IMG/VR virus record: IMGVR_UViG_3300021404_000425 | Span: 1-25,301 of that record | Length of the DNA: 25,301 nucleotides | Reading direction: 5' to 3' (one strand) | From: a virus | Lineage: Duplodnaviria > Caudoviricetes | Shown here: positions 1-9,955 of the stretch, in pieces | Layout of the letters: every line of letters begins with the position of its first letter | Position numbering within the stretch: position 1 is the first letter of the stretch | Notes under the pieces: generated by a model | What the model saw: only the letters and a program-made list of their open reading frames with translations | Told to the model about the DNA's origin: nothing | The model's database searches: none | Program-made: the position numbers and the translations under genes

Positions 1-609
1 AACCAGGACGGCAGCAAATTTATTATTGCCAGCCAGTCGTCGTTCAGCACGCCCATCCCGGCACAACTGGGCCTCAACCGTTTGCTGATCGATCAATCCT
101 TTGACAGCGATGTTTTTTATTTTAACCTTGCCCTGATGTATAACGACAGCGACGGCAATCCGCATCAGGTGACCCAAACGCAAACCATAAGAATTGATGA
201 TGCAGTTGATGAGCAATCTGTATATCTCCGCTGGATCGGCTTGACCGGCTGCTGGAATTACTACAGGTTTGTTTATAACCAGGAAGTATCGCTCGATGTT
301 CAAAATGCGATCATCATCAAAAATTACGTTTTCGATTGGGCAAACCAGGATGGCATAGAGGAGGTGATCAGTAAAAGTGCCGGTCAAAAGATGAAAGTAA
401 TGGCTGAAGACCTGTCCGTTGCCGATATTAAGGGCCTTCAATCCATAAAGTATTCCCCCAAAGTGCAAATGCTGGTTAACAAAAACCCGGTTAAATGGCA
501 AACCGTGGTATTAAACACAGCTACCTTCAGCGAATACGAAACGTTGAATGGGCAAGCGCCGTTCAGCGTAATGTTTAACATGCCTTCAATTAATATCCAA
601 ACGCAGTAA
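1..609 (+). CDS. Phage tail-associated protein, 5'-truncated by the window edge
   Basis: Frame is open from base 1; the YLRWIGLTGCWNYYRF segment resembles Bacteroidota siphovirus minor tail proteins; lies directly before another tail gene. Confidence 0.6.
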   Translation, partial: NQDGSKFIIASQSSFSTPIPAQLGLNRLLIDQSFDSDVFYFNLALMYNDSDGNPHQVTQTQTIRIDDAVDEQSVYLRWIGLTGCWNYYRFVYNQEVSLDVQNAIIIKNYVFDWANQDGIEEVISKSAGQKMKVMAEDLSVADIKGLQSIKYSPKVQMLVNKNPVKWQTVVLNTATFSEYETLNGQAPFSVMFNMPSINIQTQ

Positions 610-671
610 CCCATACCGGTCGGAAAGTACGGCTTCCGATCAGGATATTACTTTATCCAATCTCACCAACA

Positions 672-2786
672 ATGGACCAACTCCAACTATACCTTAACGA
701 CCAGCTTGTTGATTTGAGCGACGACAGCCCGATTGCTTTAACCTTCCAGATCAACAACCTTGCGGAAGTTCAAAATCAGCAGGGAAACACCAGTAACCAG
801 TTTAAATTACCCCTAACTCAGCTCAATCGGCAGATACTTGGATTTCCGGACGATGTAGCTTTTGCGACGAACCTTCCCTATCAGCAATACCAGGCAAAAA
901 TTATCCAGGATGGTTTGGAAATTGTTCCGTATGGCATTGGCGAACTGAACGGTATCGATCAGGATACAGCAAGCATCACTATTCTTTCGGGCAATGTCGA
1001 TTTTTTTGACGCAATAGACGGGAAATTATATGATATGGGCGATAGTACCAGTGTTTGGAGCAATTACGGCCAAAACCTGGTTTGGAAACCATATGATCAC
1101 CTTTGGAACCTGGATAATGCAGCAGATTCTCAAACCAAAACCGATGGCTGGATATACCCGGTTATTGACTACGGTAACTTCAGCGATAATTTTGCTGACC
1201 CGATCGACGTAAATAATTTGCGCCCGGGGTTTTTCATCAAAACAGCCATTGAACTCCTGCTTCAGTCTTCCGGGTACCAGGCAACGGGATCATTGCTCGG
1301 CGATCCGCTCTATCCATTGATGATCGCTCAATTTTCAAATGGAAGCTTTGAACACGGCGCCGACTATCAAAACCAAATTGACGATAAAGGTTTAAACGCC
1401 GCCATGGAAATACCACTCTCTTTGAACCACCCAAATTCGCATAACCCAAGTGGTTTATTTACCTGGGATACTGTTATTTCTGACCTGTCGCACCAGTTTC
1501 CGGACAATGTTTTGTTTACTGCCAATGATATTAATGCTGTAACCATCACGGTCACCTTTCCTCATGTTTATTTATACGGACGAATCTCATCCGGCAATAA
1601 TCCAACCTACCTTTCTGCGTATATCTATTACCGCGATCCCAGCTATCCGTCTACGCAGGATACGGTTTTAAACTATTACGATTTTTCTTTTGGTGGCCAT
1701 GGTGAAAAAAAAGCAGGTAATCCGCCGGGCTCTGATCCAGATGGTTGGACACGCGTTCCCGGCACCGATGGATCCAATATTCTCGGAAGCATCGACCTTT
1801 ACACGACGGTCATTTCTTTTCAAACCACTTTGCCAAAAAATGGAGGCGTGTACGTTGGCTACATCTGGCACGGGTATAATCCCAGTTTCGCACGTATTTA
1901 TCCTGGCGCTACATTGATCATAAAAAGCCAGAATCAAACAGTGCAATATGGCCAAACGGTGCAATGTGAGCGCATATTTCCTGACATCAGCCAAAAAGAC
2001 CTGCTTAAAGACACCTTGCAACGATTTGGCGTCATTTGTCAAACAGACAACGCAAGCAAAACTATTTCATTCAACTCATTCCGAGACATTGTAAATAATA
2101 TCCCTGTTGCGAAGGATTGGACCCGCAAATGTCTTAACCAGGGTAAGCAAGTAACTTTTCAGCTGGGAAACTACGCCCAGGTAAATTATATGCAATATCA
2201 AACAGACCAAAATATATTACCGCTGAAGTACGGATGGTCGCAAATAAGGATCGGCGACCAAACTCTGCCCGCCAATGCGACGCTTTTCAACAGCCCTTTT
2301 GGGCCAACGTTTAACAGGCCATATCTCGGCGGTACGGTTGCGCAAATAAACATGATCGACATTACCAGCGGCGACAACAACTTTAGCTTAAGCGTAAATC
2401 CACGGATCCTGATTGATCAAAAACTTCCCCTCAATAACCGGGTAGTTACGTTCACTGATGGCAATGGAAACACCCGCGTGGTAAATGACATTATCAGTAC
2501 ACCATATTTCTACAAACCTGATGCCCAAATACTCGCCGGCAGTTATGGTCAGGCCAGCCTGATGTTTAACGACCTTCGGTTAAAGTATTATCCCGAATTG
2601 GAGAAAATCCTTACGCAAACCAAAAAAGTAATTCGTTACATCATGCTAACGCCGCGCGACATCCTGGAGCTCGACCTGTTGATACCCGTTTATCTTCAAC
2701 AGGATAATGCTTACTATTATATCAATAAAATTGATTCCTGGCGGAAGGGTCAGCCTGTGAAAGTTGAACTGGTAAAATTAGGATAA
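672..2786 (+). CDS. Phage tail tip/hub-like structural protein (704 aa)
   Basis: N-terminal LYLNDQLVDL...FQINNLAEVQNQQGNTSNQFKLP and C-terminal YYYINKIDSWRKGQPVKVELVKL resemble Bacteroidota phage tail proteins; lies upstream of the tape measure gene. Confidence 0.65.
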   Translation: MDQLQLYLNDQLVDLSDDSPIALTFQINNLAEVQNQQGNTSNQFKLPLTQLNRQILGFPDDVAFATNLPYQQYQAKIIQDGLEIVPYGIGELNGIDQDTASITILSGNVDFFDAIDGKLYDMGDSTSVWSNYGQNLVWKPYDHLWNLDNAADSQTKTDGWIYPVIDYGNFSDNFADPIDVNNLRPGFFIKTAIELLLQSSGYQATGSLLGDPLYPLMIAQFSNGSFEHGADYQNQIDDKGLNAAMEIPLSLNHPNSHNPSGLFTWDTVISDLSHQFPDNVLFTANDINAVTITVTFPHVYLYGRISSGNNPTYLSAYIYYRDPSYPSTQDTVLNYYDFSFGGHGEKKAGNPPGSDPDGWTRVPGTDGSNILGSIDLYTTVISFQTTLPKNGGVYVGYIWHGYNPSFARIYPGATLIIKSQNQTVQYGQTVQCERIFPDISQKDLLKDTLQRFGVICQTDNASKTISFNSFRDIVNNIPVAKDWTRKCLNQGKQVTFQLGNYAQVNYMQYQTDQNILPLKYGWSQIRIGDQTLPANATLFNSPFGPTFNRPYLGGTVAQINMIDITSGDNNFSLSVNPRILIDQKLPLNNRVVTFTDGNGNTRVVNDIISTPYFYKPDAQILAGSYGQASLMFNDLRLKYYPELEKILTQTKKVIRYIMLTPRDILELDLLIPVYLQQDNAYYYINKIDSWRKGQPVKVELVKLG

Positions 2787-3315
2787 GTTCAAATATCCTT
2801 GTCCCTTTGCGACTTTGAGCTGTCTGGTTCAATCGGGTGCGTCTCCCGATATAGCGTAAAACCGTTACTGTCATACTTTTTCACTCAGGCTATCGCGGCC
2901 TGGGAAAATACAGTTTCAGGGGTGGCGGCATCATCAGCAGGTGTTATTTATCAGAGAGAGCCTGAACACTTTATCATCGTCAAATTTAGGGCTGATCCTC
3001 GTTTTTTGCTTTTACCAGGCTAAAGGCCAGCGGGCATTCGAATAATATACGGTTAGCGTCTCTCACCAATCGTCTACCTTTGACTAATTGGATATAACGG
3101 TCAATAGACCGCCCTTGGTCGTGGGTAAGGCATATGCCATTTATATCATAGCTAGTTCTTTACGTCGGACAACATTGGCAGTAAAAAAATACTCATAGCA
3201 GCACAAGAACAGACGGGCTGCTTCTGTATACACCCGGCGAGACAGTTGCTACTATCACAACAACGAAATGTACAGCCTGCTAAGGTTGGGTTGGTGGCGT
3301 TAAGTTAATGAACAC

Positions 3316-3981
3316 CTATTTAGCTGATTTTTTACGAATACTCTTAAGCAAGAGGTCAACGTTCCATGGCAGATATTGATCATAAAATGAAGCAAAATTA
3401 ACTTTTCCACCATTGTCAATATGAGTTAATGCACCAGAAACGATAACCGTATCACCTTTACTCAGGGTTTTTATAAGTGTTAACTGTTTCTTAAGTGTAT
3501 CTCCCTTTGGGTTTTTGGGCACCGTATAGGTGAAATCAACGCGGTTATCAATAGCGATAGTATCGACCGTTTTATCAATTTTTATAGGCGAAACAAGTTG
3601 TAAGTTATATACAGGATTATTATCCAGATCAAAAAGTGCCTTGGCCAAGCTACTTGCCTCAAGTTGATTATCATTAATTTCTGTTACTATCATTTCCCAG
3701 TCATATATCTTATTTAAGCTATCGGCTGCATATTTATTAAAGGCTGTTATATGGATATCTTTCTTAATGGCATTTGAAGTAACATCATTGTCAGATTCCG
3801 CCTTAATGCGGTTCAAAAAATACAGTTCATCCTTGGGCCGGTTATCGACGGCGGTAGCGGTAGATTTGCTTACCCGGCTAATAGTTGTGTCAGTTGTACT
3901 TGCCTTTGAACTGCCGGAATTCTGGCATCCGCAAAAAATAACGGATAATAAAGTTAAAGAGAAAACTGCATTAGGTTTCAT
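3316..3981 (-). CDS. Hypothetical lipoprotein (cargo)
   Basis: Likely start MKPN at 3981, followed by a hydrophobic stretch, lipobox IFCG-C and a Ser/Thr-rich linker; antisense to the cluster. Confidence 0.7.
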   Translation of the reverse strand: MKPNAVFSLTLLSVIFCGCQNSGSSKASTTDTTISRVSKSTATAVDNRPKDELYFLNRIKAESDNDVTSNAIKKDIHITAFNKYAADSLNKIYDWEMIVTEINDNQLEASSLAKALFDLDNNPVYNLQLVSPIKIDKTVDTIAIDNRVDFTYTVPKNPKGDTLKKQLTLIKTLSKGDTVIVSGALTHIDNGGKVNFASFYDQYLPWNVDLLLKSIRKKSAK

Positions 3982-4108
3982 ATAGTGATAAGTTAGCGAT
4001 TTGAGAATACTCATTCGGGGAAACTCGAAAATATATTCCGAAAATGCAAAAAAATTAGCAATTTATTTCGGCCTGAGTAATCACTTCAGGAAATAAAATA
4101 TTATTCCA

Positions 4109-4140
4109 TTTGGCATATTAAACATAATTCCGTATATTTG
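4109..4140 (+). promoter_or_regulatory. Bacteroidota housekeeping-sigma promoter (-33 TTTG / -7 TAnnTTTG)
   Basis: TTTG at 4109-4112, 20-bp spacer, TATATTTG at 4133-4140; exact consensus, pointing towards the tape measure gene. Confidence 0.65.
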
Positions 4141-4201
4141 TAGTAACGGGTTTTATGTAATCGTTACGCCAAATATTTAGGGTTTCATTTTAGCCAACAA
4201 T

Positions 4202-4396
4202 TCAATCTGACCATCCAAAAATGCCTTTTGTAATCTCTTCATTTTCTGAATCAGCGTAGTAATATAGATATTGTTTGCTAAGCGGATGAGATAATGTCGT
4301 TATGGCCAGAATATCTTCTCTCTTGATATTATTTTTATTAACGAACAACGCAAGGGTCTCCGCATTTCCAAATTTTTGAGATTTTAATACAATCAT
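4202..4396 (-). CDS. Small hypothetical protein (64 aa)
   Basis: ATG start, protein-like composition (FVNKNNIKREDILAI), fills the gap without overlapping other genes. Confidence 0.5.
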   Translation of the reverse strand: MIVLKSQKFGNAETLALFVNKNNIKREDILAITTLSHPLSKQYLYYYADSENEEITKGIFGWSD

Positions 4397-4463
4397 AGCG
4401 TTTGAGGTTCTAAACTAATTTTTTAATAATACATTTTCTAAGGCATCACAGCAAACAAAAATT

Positions 4464-7091
4464 ATGAGCGACGATATAAGTAAAAAAATAACCATCGATG
4501 TGGAAGTTAACACTGATGGCCAGCAGCAAATCAATCAATATAAAACTGCGTTTGATAGTTTTCGCAATTCTATAAGCAGTTTGTCAAATCCTTTAGCCGG
4601 GCTTTCAAATAGCATATCCACACTTGATAAGGATATATCCAAACTTACGACTTCTGTTGATAAACTGAACACCCAAAACCAGTACCTAAATTCAGGAGGT
4701 AACAAAGTTAAAGGCGTGGTTACTGATCTGATAACTTCATTTACTACATGGAACGGCATCATAGAAATATTGGAAATAAGTGTTGATGGATTGGAGGCTG
4801 CATTAACCGGCGGCCTGGCAATACTTACCACCTTTTTACCGCAGATTATTAGCTGGGTGGGTGAATTGTTTAAAGGCAATGCTACATTAACAGCACTTAA
4901 TAAAACGCTCAAGGACAATAAAATAGTAATGGACGCAGTAAACCAGGCAAAACTGCAGGGCACTCAAAACGCACAACAGGAGTTGGTGCATCTTAAATTG
5001 TTATATAATGCTATCCAAAACCACAACCTTTCATTAATGGATCGCAAAAAGTTAATTAAGGAATTACAAAGTCAATATCCGGGTTATTTTGGCAATCTTA
5101 GTTCGGAGACTATATTAGCGGGTAAAGCGGCTAGTTCATACAAAGAGCTGGCAAATTCAATCGTTGCAACCTCAAGGGCCAGAGCGGCTGAAGATATGAT
5201 TGCGGATAACAACAAGAGGCAATTAGGAAACGAGCAAAAAATCGCAAAACTAAAAACCGATCTTGATAACAAACAAAAAGAACTTGACAAGGCGCAAAAC
5301 GAGCATGAAGAAATTCTAAAAGCCAATGAAAATGCTCCGAGTACATTTGGAATTCCGGTTGGCGACCCAGCCGGTGATGTTACAGTAGACAGACTAACAG
5401 ATGAAAGAGATGCGTTAAAAAAGGCATTTAGCGATTTAACCACTGATTCGAAGCTTTTAGACAGGCAAAACCGGGCATTAGTAAAAACAATTACAGAAAA
5501 TATTAAAAATAGTGGCGCCCAAGCAGTTACAGGGTTAAAAACTGCCAATGATCAGCAAATTAAATTTAACGAAAAAAGTCTTAAAGACAAACAAGTCTAC
5601 TTCAATGAAGCCGAGAAAACACGGAATGAATCATTGACGCGCCAGCTGCAAACAACGTACGAAGCTTACGGCAGCGAAACGGCAGCTGAGAACGATCATT
5701 ATCAGGATGAACTTGAAAGGCTAAAGAAATTATTAAGCGATAAAAAAATAACCCGGGAAGAGTACAATAAGGTAAGTGCGCAATTAGAGGATGAACATCA
5801 TTCAAATATTGCCGCTATTATTAATAAATACAACGCCCAGGATAAAGAAAGAGCCGAACAGGCTAACAATGAACTGCATGAGTTGCAAATAAAAGGCATG
5901 AATGAAGGTACTGCGAAGCAAATAGCAGAATTGCAGCAGGAACAAAAAGAAAAAAACCAACAGTTTGATAAACTGGACGCCGAAAGCCTGGAGAGGGTAA
6001 ACAAACTGGCTACTGAGATAAGTGATGCACGTAACAAGGATCCACGAGCTGACACCTCGGAACTTGCAAAGCAACTGGATGCCGAATACCAGGTGATGGC
6101 GATCAACTGCAAAAAGCAGGAAGCGCTTGAGCAGCAAACGGCTGACGCCATTTCGAAAATAAAAGGCCGGGAAGGACAGGATAAAAAAGAAGACGCCGAC
6201 CAAAAAGAGATCGAACAACAAAAAGACAAACAAATAAATGAGCTGGCTGATAAGTTTACAAAACAAAAAAACGACAAGGCAAAAAAGGCAGCGGAAGAAC
6301 TAAAAAACTTCGAATTGCAGCAAGAAAAGAAGCTTTCCGAAGAGGCTTTTTCCATCATCAGTCAAAGTATAAAACAGGAAGCTGATGCCAAAATAGCGGG
6401 TTTGGAACGCGATAAAGAAGCCGAATTGAACAATAGCAGCTTAACATCCGCCCAAAAGCTGGCTATTGAACAAAAGTTTAAACAGCAGGAAGCGCAGGTA
6501 AAGATCAAAGCATTCAAGGAAGAACAGGAAGCTTCGATAGCGCAGGCGGTGATCAATGGAGCGTTGGCCATCACCAAAGCAACGGCACAATCTGGCGTAC
6601 TTTCGCCCTTAGTCGTACCAGCTATTATTGCCGAAACAGCTGTCGAAATCGCCAAAATAGCGGCACAAAAGCCACCGGCCTACGCATCGGGCGGCTTGCA
6701 TTATAACTCAGACGGTAAAGGTGGTGTACTTAACGGCTATAGCCGGACTGACAACACCAATGCCTGGCTACGCTCAGGCGAAGGGATCGTGGTATCCGAA
6801 GCAATGAGGGTTCCCTGGGCGCGCAACCTGGTAAGCGCTATAAACGTCGGCTTTGGCGGCCGTGATTTCTCCATAACCAATCCTGGTCGTGGTTACGCTG
6901 TAGGTGGTATTTTTACCGATGGCGGCGATGCCAACCGCTACTACAACCAACCGGTCCACGACCAAAAAAACCTGGCCAACTCTATCGCGTACCAGATGAT
7001 CAACAACTTTCCGCCGGTGTACGTTGATGTGAAAGATATCAACAACCAACAGAATATACTGGCCCAAACGATTAACCGCGTCAATCTTTAA
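4464..7091 (+). CDS. Tail tape measure protein (875 aa)
   Basis: Long K/E/Q/A-rich helical body, one hydrophobic segment, and a C-terminal AQAVINGALAITKA...AYASGG...LRSGEGIV...GYAVGG region typical of Bacteroidota phage TMPs. Confidence 0.8.
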   Translation: MSDDISKKITIDVEVNTDGQQQINQYKTAFDSFRNSISSLSNPLAGLSNSISTLDKDISKLTTSVDKLNTQNQYLNSGGNKVKGVVTDLITSFTTWNGIIEILEISVDGLEAALTGGLAILTTFLPQIISWVGELFKGNATLTALNKTLKDNKIVMDAVNQAKLQGTQNAQQELVHLKLLYNAIQNHNLSLMDRKKLIKELQSQYPGYFGNLSSETILAGKAASSYKELANSIVATSRARAAEDMIADNNKRQLGNEQKIAKLKTDLDNKQKELDKAQNEHEEILKANENAPSTFGIPVGDPAGDVTVDRLTDERDALKKAFSDLTTDSKLLDRQNRALVKTITENIKNSGAQAVTGLKTANDQQIKFNEKSLKDKQVYFNEAEKTRNESLTRQLQTTYEAYGSETAAENDHYQDELERLKKLLSDKKITREEYNKVSAQLEDEHHSNIAAIINKYNAQDKERAEQANNELHELQIKGMNEGTAKQIAELQQEQKEKNQQFDKLDAESLERVNKLATEISDARNKDPRADTSELAKQLDAEYQVMAINCKKQEALEQQTADAISKIKGREGQDKKEDADQKEIEQQKDKQINELADKFTKQKNDKAKKAAEELKNFELQQEKKLSEEAFSIISQSIKQEADAKIAGLERDKEAELNNSSLTSAQKLAIEQKFKQQEAQVKIKAFKEEQEASIAQAVINGALAITKATAQSGVLSPLVVPAIIAETAVEIAKIAAQKPPAYASGGLHYNSDGKGGVLNGYSRTDNTNAWLRSGEGIVVSEAMRVPWARNLVSAINVGFGGRDFSITNPGRGYAVGGIFTDGGDANRYYNQPVHDQKNLANSIAYQMINNFPPVYVDVKDINNQQNILAQTINRVNL

Positions 7092-7123
7092 AACCAACAA
7101 AAAAACCCGGAGAATTAACCACT

Positions 7124-7157
7124 CACTTAATCAACTTAATCCAACTCAATAAACTTA
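7124..7157 (+). repeat. Short tandem CAACTTAAT-like nonamer tract
   Basis: cacttaat-caacttaat-ccaactcaat-aaactta; same family as the right arm at 15035-15078. Confidence 0.6.
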
Positions 7158-7161
7158 CCGC

Positions 7162-7395
7162 ATGAACATCCAACTTGCCAACACGCTGTTTGACGACGGC
7201 GTCTTTTCCGCTTTATACAAAGCGGGTTTTATCACCACGAAGGTTTTTACCTACCGCGAAATATATCTTTGGGTCCAGGCACAAACAAAAACACGCGGCA
7301 TAAGTAAAAATCAGGCAGTGCTGGAAGCTGAAACAAGATTTAATAAAGATGAACGGACTATTTGGAGGGCTTTGAATAGTTTTGAAACGGAATAA
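7162..7395 (+). CDS. Small putative DNA-binding (HTH-like) protein (77 aa)
   Basis: C-terminal KNQAVLEAETRFNKDERTIWRAL has a helix-turn-helix pattern (A..F...ERTIWR). Confidence 0.6.
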   Translation: MNIQLANTLFDDGVFSALYKAGFITTKVFTYREIYLWVQAQTKTRGISKNQAVLEAETRFNKDERTIWRALNSFETE

Positions 7396-7450
7396 ATTAA
7401 AGCATTTTTACCTAAATTGTTTTACTTTAGACTATGCAATTCTAAATTTA

Positions 7451-8122
7451 GTGAAATCAGTGATCTTTATTTTATTAGCCATTTGCTTTTTTTCCTGTGG
7501 ACATGACGTTCCAAAGGCAACGCAAGATTCGGAGGCAAAAAGGTTACGGAGCCAGGCAAGCGAAGTGGCGTCGAAATTAGGCGGAAACGACAGCGTCAAA
7601 CGTATGCGACTGGAGCACGCAGTCGCTCTTCTCGATAGGGCAACAGAACTCGATAGCAACTACTTTGGCGCATATTGGGATAAATTAATTTATCAACGAG
7701 AATTAGGGCATTATGAAAAAGCCTTGTTAACAGGTAAACAATTGATGAGGTTAATGCCAAACGAACCAACGGAAATTGAGATCGAAGGTGCTTTATCCGA
7801 GTTAAATGGAGATGGGCCGTCTTCCATAAAATATTATACCAAAGCTTTTTTAATAAACCGAATGAGATTGGACTCGATGCGGAGCAATCACGAGAATATC
7901 ACAACTCTCCAAATGTTTTACGCGTTTGATCTCATTGCGCTGAAAAGGTATCGGGAAGGCAATGCTATTTTCAAAAAACTCGCTGAAACCGCAAAAGACC
8001 CGACTGAAAGGCAAACATACCTTTATTATATGAGTATGACCAGAAAAGAGGTTTTGTTGGGCCTGCAAGGTCAGTACCCGACTGTTGAAATCACAACTCT
8101 TGAACCTGCTGAAAAAAAATAA
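7451..8122 (+). CDS. TPR-like lipoprotein (cargo)
   Basis: Likely GTG start at 7451 giving MKSVIFILLAICFFS-C lipobox; AVALLDRATELDSNYFGAYWDK...LGHYEKAL is TPR-like. Confidence 0.7.
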   Translation: MKSVIFILLAICFFSCGHDVPKATQDSEAKRLRSQASEVASKLGGNDSVKRMRLEHAVALLDRATELDSNYFGAYWDKLIYQRELGHYEKALLTGKQLMRLMPNEPTEIEIEGALSELNGDGPSSIKYYTKAFLINRMRLDSMRSNHENITTLQMFYAFDLIALKRYREGNAIFKKLAETAKDPTERQTYLYYMSMTRKEVLLGLQGQYPTVEITTLEPAEKK

Positions 8123-8342
8123 GTTAAAATTGAATTTTTTAATTGCTCCTTTGATTTTAGCATATCCACTTCTTAAAATTTTGCTAAAGAATTGTGGCTC
8201 AAATCAACTGGGGGTATTTATCAGTTGGGATTTATTTTGAGTTAGAAATGAGCAAATTCCAAGCTTTGGTTCTTTTAGAAAAAAGTTATTCATCTGTAAC
8301 AATCCGTGCATCAACTCATCTAAATGATAAACTCCGTTTATC

Positions 8343-9440
8343 ATGAACTGGAAATTACTAAGCAAAAAGAAATCAGACAAGCCAAAAGTTAAAAAAACCA
8401 AAGCCCGCGAATGGCTCGATGCTATCATATTTGCTCTCGTTGCCGCCACCATTATCCGTGGTTTATTATTTTCGGCTTATGCTATTCCCTCAGGTTCTAT
8501 GGAAGGCACTGAGCTCACCGGCGATTATCTTTTTGTAAGCAAATGCAGCTATGGGGCGCGCATGCCCATCACATTGCTATCCATACCCTTTACTGAACCA
8601 AAAATGTTCGGTGTAAATACCTACTGGGATGCTATTCAGTTGCCCTATTTTCGCTTGCCGGGATTTACCAGCATTAAAAAATACGATGTCGTGGTTTTTA
8701 ACAAACCGGCTGATGCAGACTTTGGGGTTCCTGTTGACCAGCGCACAACCCTGATCAAGCGCTGCCAGGCAACCCCCGGCGATGTACTAACGATCGTAAA
8801 TAGCCAGGTATATATCAACGGTAAGGCGTCGTGGAATGCGCCCAAAGCCCAAACATCCTACGCGGTAGTTACCGATGGTACCGATATTAACCCACAGGCG
8901 CTGGAGGATTTGCACATGGAAATCCGGCAGCCGCTCGGCGCCAATACGGCCGAAGTAGTAATGCCGGCACAAAGCGTCGCAACGTTAAAATCTTTTTCAA
9001 ATGTAAAAAGTGTGACCCCCTATATACAACCGGCGGGAGTTTTAGATACAGCCGTGTTTCCGCACGATGCCCGCTTTAAATGGAATATCGACAATTTTGG
9101 ACCTATCAAAATACCTAAAAGAGGCTGGACCATAAAGCTTAATGATTCTACGCTTGCCCTCTACCGCCGCGCCATCGAAGTTTATGAACATAACAAGATA
9201 GAGACTACTGCCAATGGCATCCTGATCAATGGAAAAAAAGCAGATACTTACACCTTTAAAATGGATTATTACTGGATGATGGGCGATAACCGCCACGATT
9301 CGCTGGACTGCCGCTTTTGGGGTTATGTGCCTGAGGACCATATTATCGGCAAAGCCGTGATCAATTTTTTCAGTACCGATTCAACCAAGGATATTTTTCA
9401 CAAAGTACGATGGGATAGGGTATTGAGATCAATCAATTGA
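8343..9440 (+). CDS. lepB: Signal peptidase I (peptidase S26)
   Basis: N-terminal TM helix, IPSGSM catalytic Ser box, GDYLFVSK, LIKRC catalytic Lys, MMGDNRHDSLDCRFWGYVP box. Confidence 0.95.
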   Translation: MNWKLLSKKKSDKPKVKKTKAREWLDAIIFALVAATIIRGLLFSAYAIPSGSMEGTELTGDYLFVSKCSYGARMPITLLSIPFTEPKMFGVNTYWDAIQLPYFRLPGFTSIKKYDVVVFNKPADADFGVPVDQRTTLIKRCQATPGDVLTIVNSQVYINGKASWNAPKAQTSYAVVTDGTDINPQALEDLHMEIRQPLGANTAEVVMPAQSVATLKSFSNVKSVTPYIQPAGVLDTAVFPHDARFKWNIDNFGPIKIPKRGWTIKLNDSTLALYRRAIEVYEHNKIETTANGILINGKKADTYTFKMDYYWMMGDNRHDSLDCRFWGYVPEDHIIGKAVINFFSTDSTKDIFHKVRWDRVLRSIN

Positions 9441-9442
9441 GC

Positions 9443-9946
9443 TACTGACAGACTCGTGTCACCATCGTTTTAAATTATTCTTACGATCTTTGTTTTAATC
9501 GGTGCAATCATCCTAAACAATCGGTGGAATCACAAAAAATAACTACTGACAAAACACTGTCACCATCGCTTTAAATTATTCTTCCGACCTTTGTAATAAT
9601 CGGTGAAATCACCCTAAAAAAATCGGTGAAATCACAAAAAATAATACTGACAAAACACTGTCACCATCGCTTTAAATTATTCTTCCGACCTTTGTTTTAA
9701 TCGATGAAATCACCCTAAAAAAATCGGTGAAATCGCAAAAAAATAAATACTGACAAAACAGTGTCACCACTACTTTAAATTATTCTCCCGATCTTTGTTT
9801 TATTCGGTAACGTCACAATAAAAAATATGCCAATCAGCATAAAAAACATTACTGACAAAACACTGTCACCATTACAATAAAATATTCTTCCGACCTTTGT
9901 TTTAATCTGTGAAATCACAAAAAAATCGGTGAAATCCAAAAAATAA
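9443..9946 (+). repeat. Five tandem ~101-103 bp units, each with a TGACA-N6-TGTCA palindrome, a GAYCTTTG box and AATCGGTGAAATC-type motifs (degenerate in unit 4)
   Basis: Units start with TACTGACA at 9443, 9544, 9645, 9748 and 9850. Confidence 0.95.
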
Positions 9947-9955
9947 ACTTCTCCG

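Noticed and set aside
616-644. Rho-independent terminator after the first gene
   Set aside because: A hairpin is present but has no U-tract and lies within an apparent operon
2799-3023. 74-aa ORF after the tail gene
   Set aside because: TTG start, no recognisable motif or leader; more likely non-coding or decayed DNA
4535-7100. Long antisense ORFs over the tape measure gene (also those over the capsid, portal and fibre genes)
   Set aside because: Shadow frames caused by codon bias of the sense gene; low-complexity S/F/L/C-rich translations
9443-9946. CRISPR array
   Set aside because: The whole ~101-bp unit is repeated, so there are no unique spacers, and no cas genes are in the window
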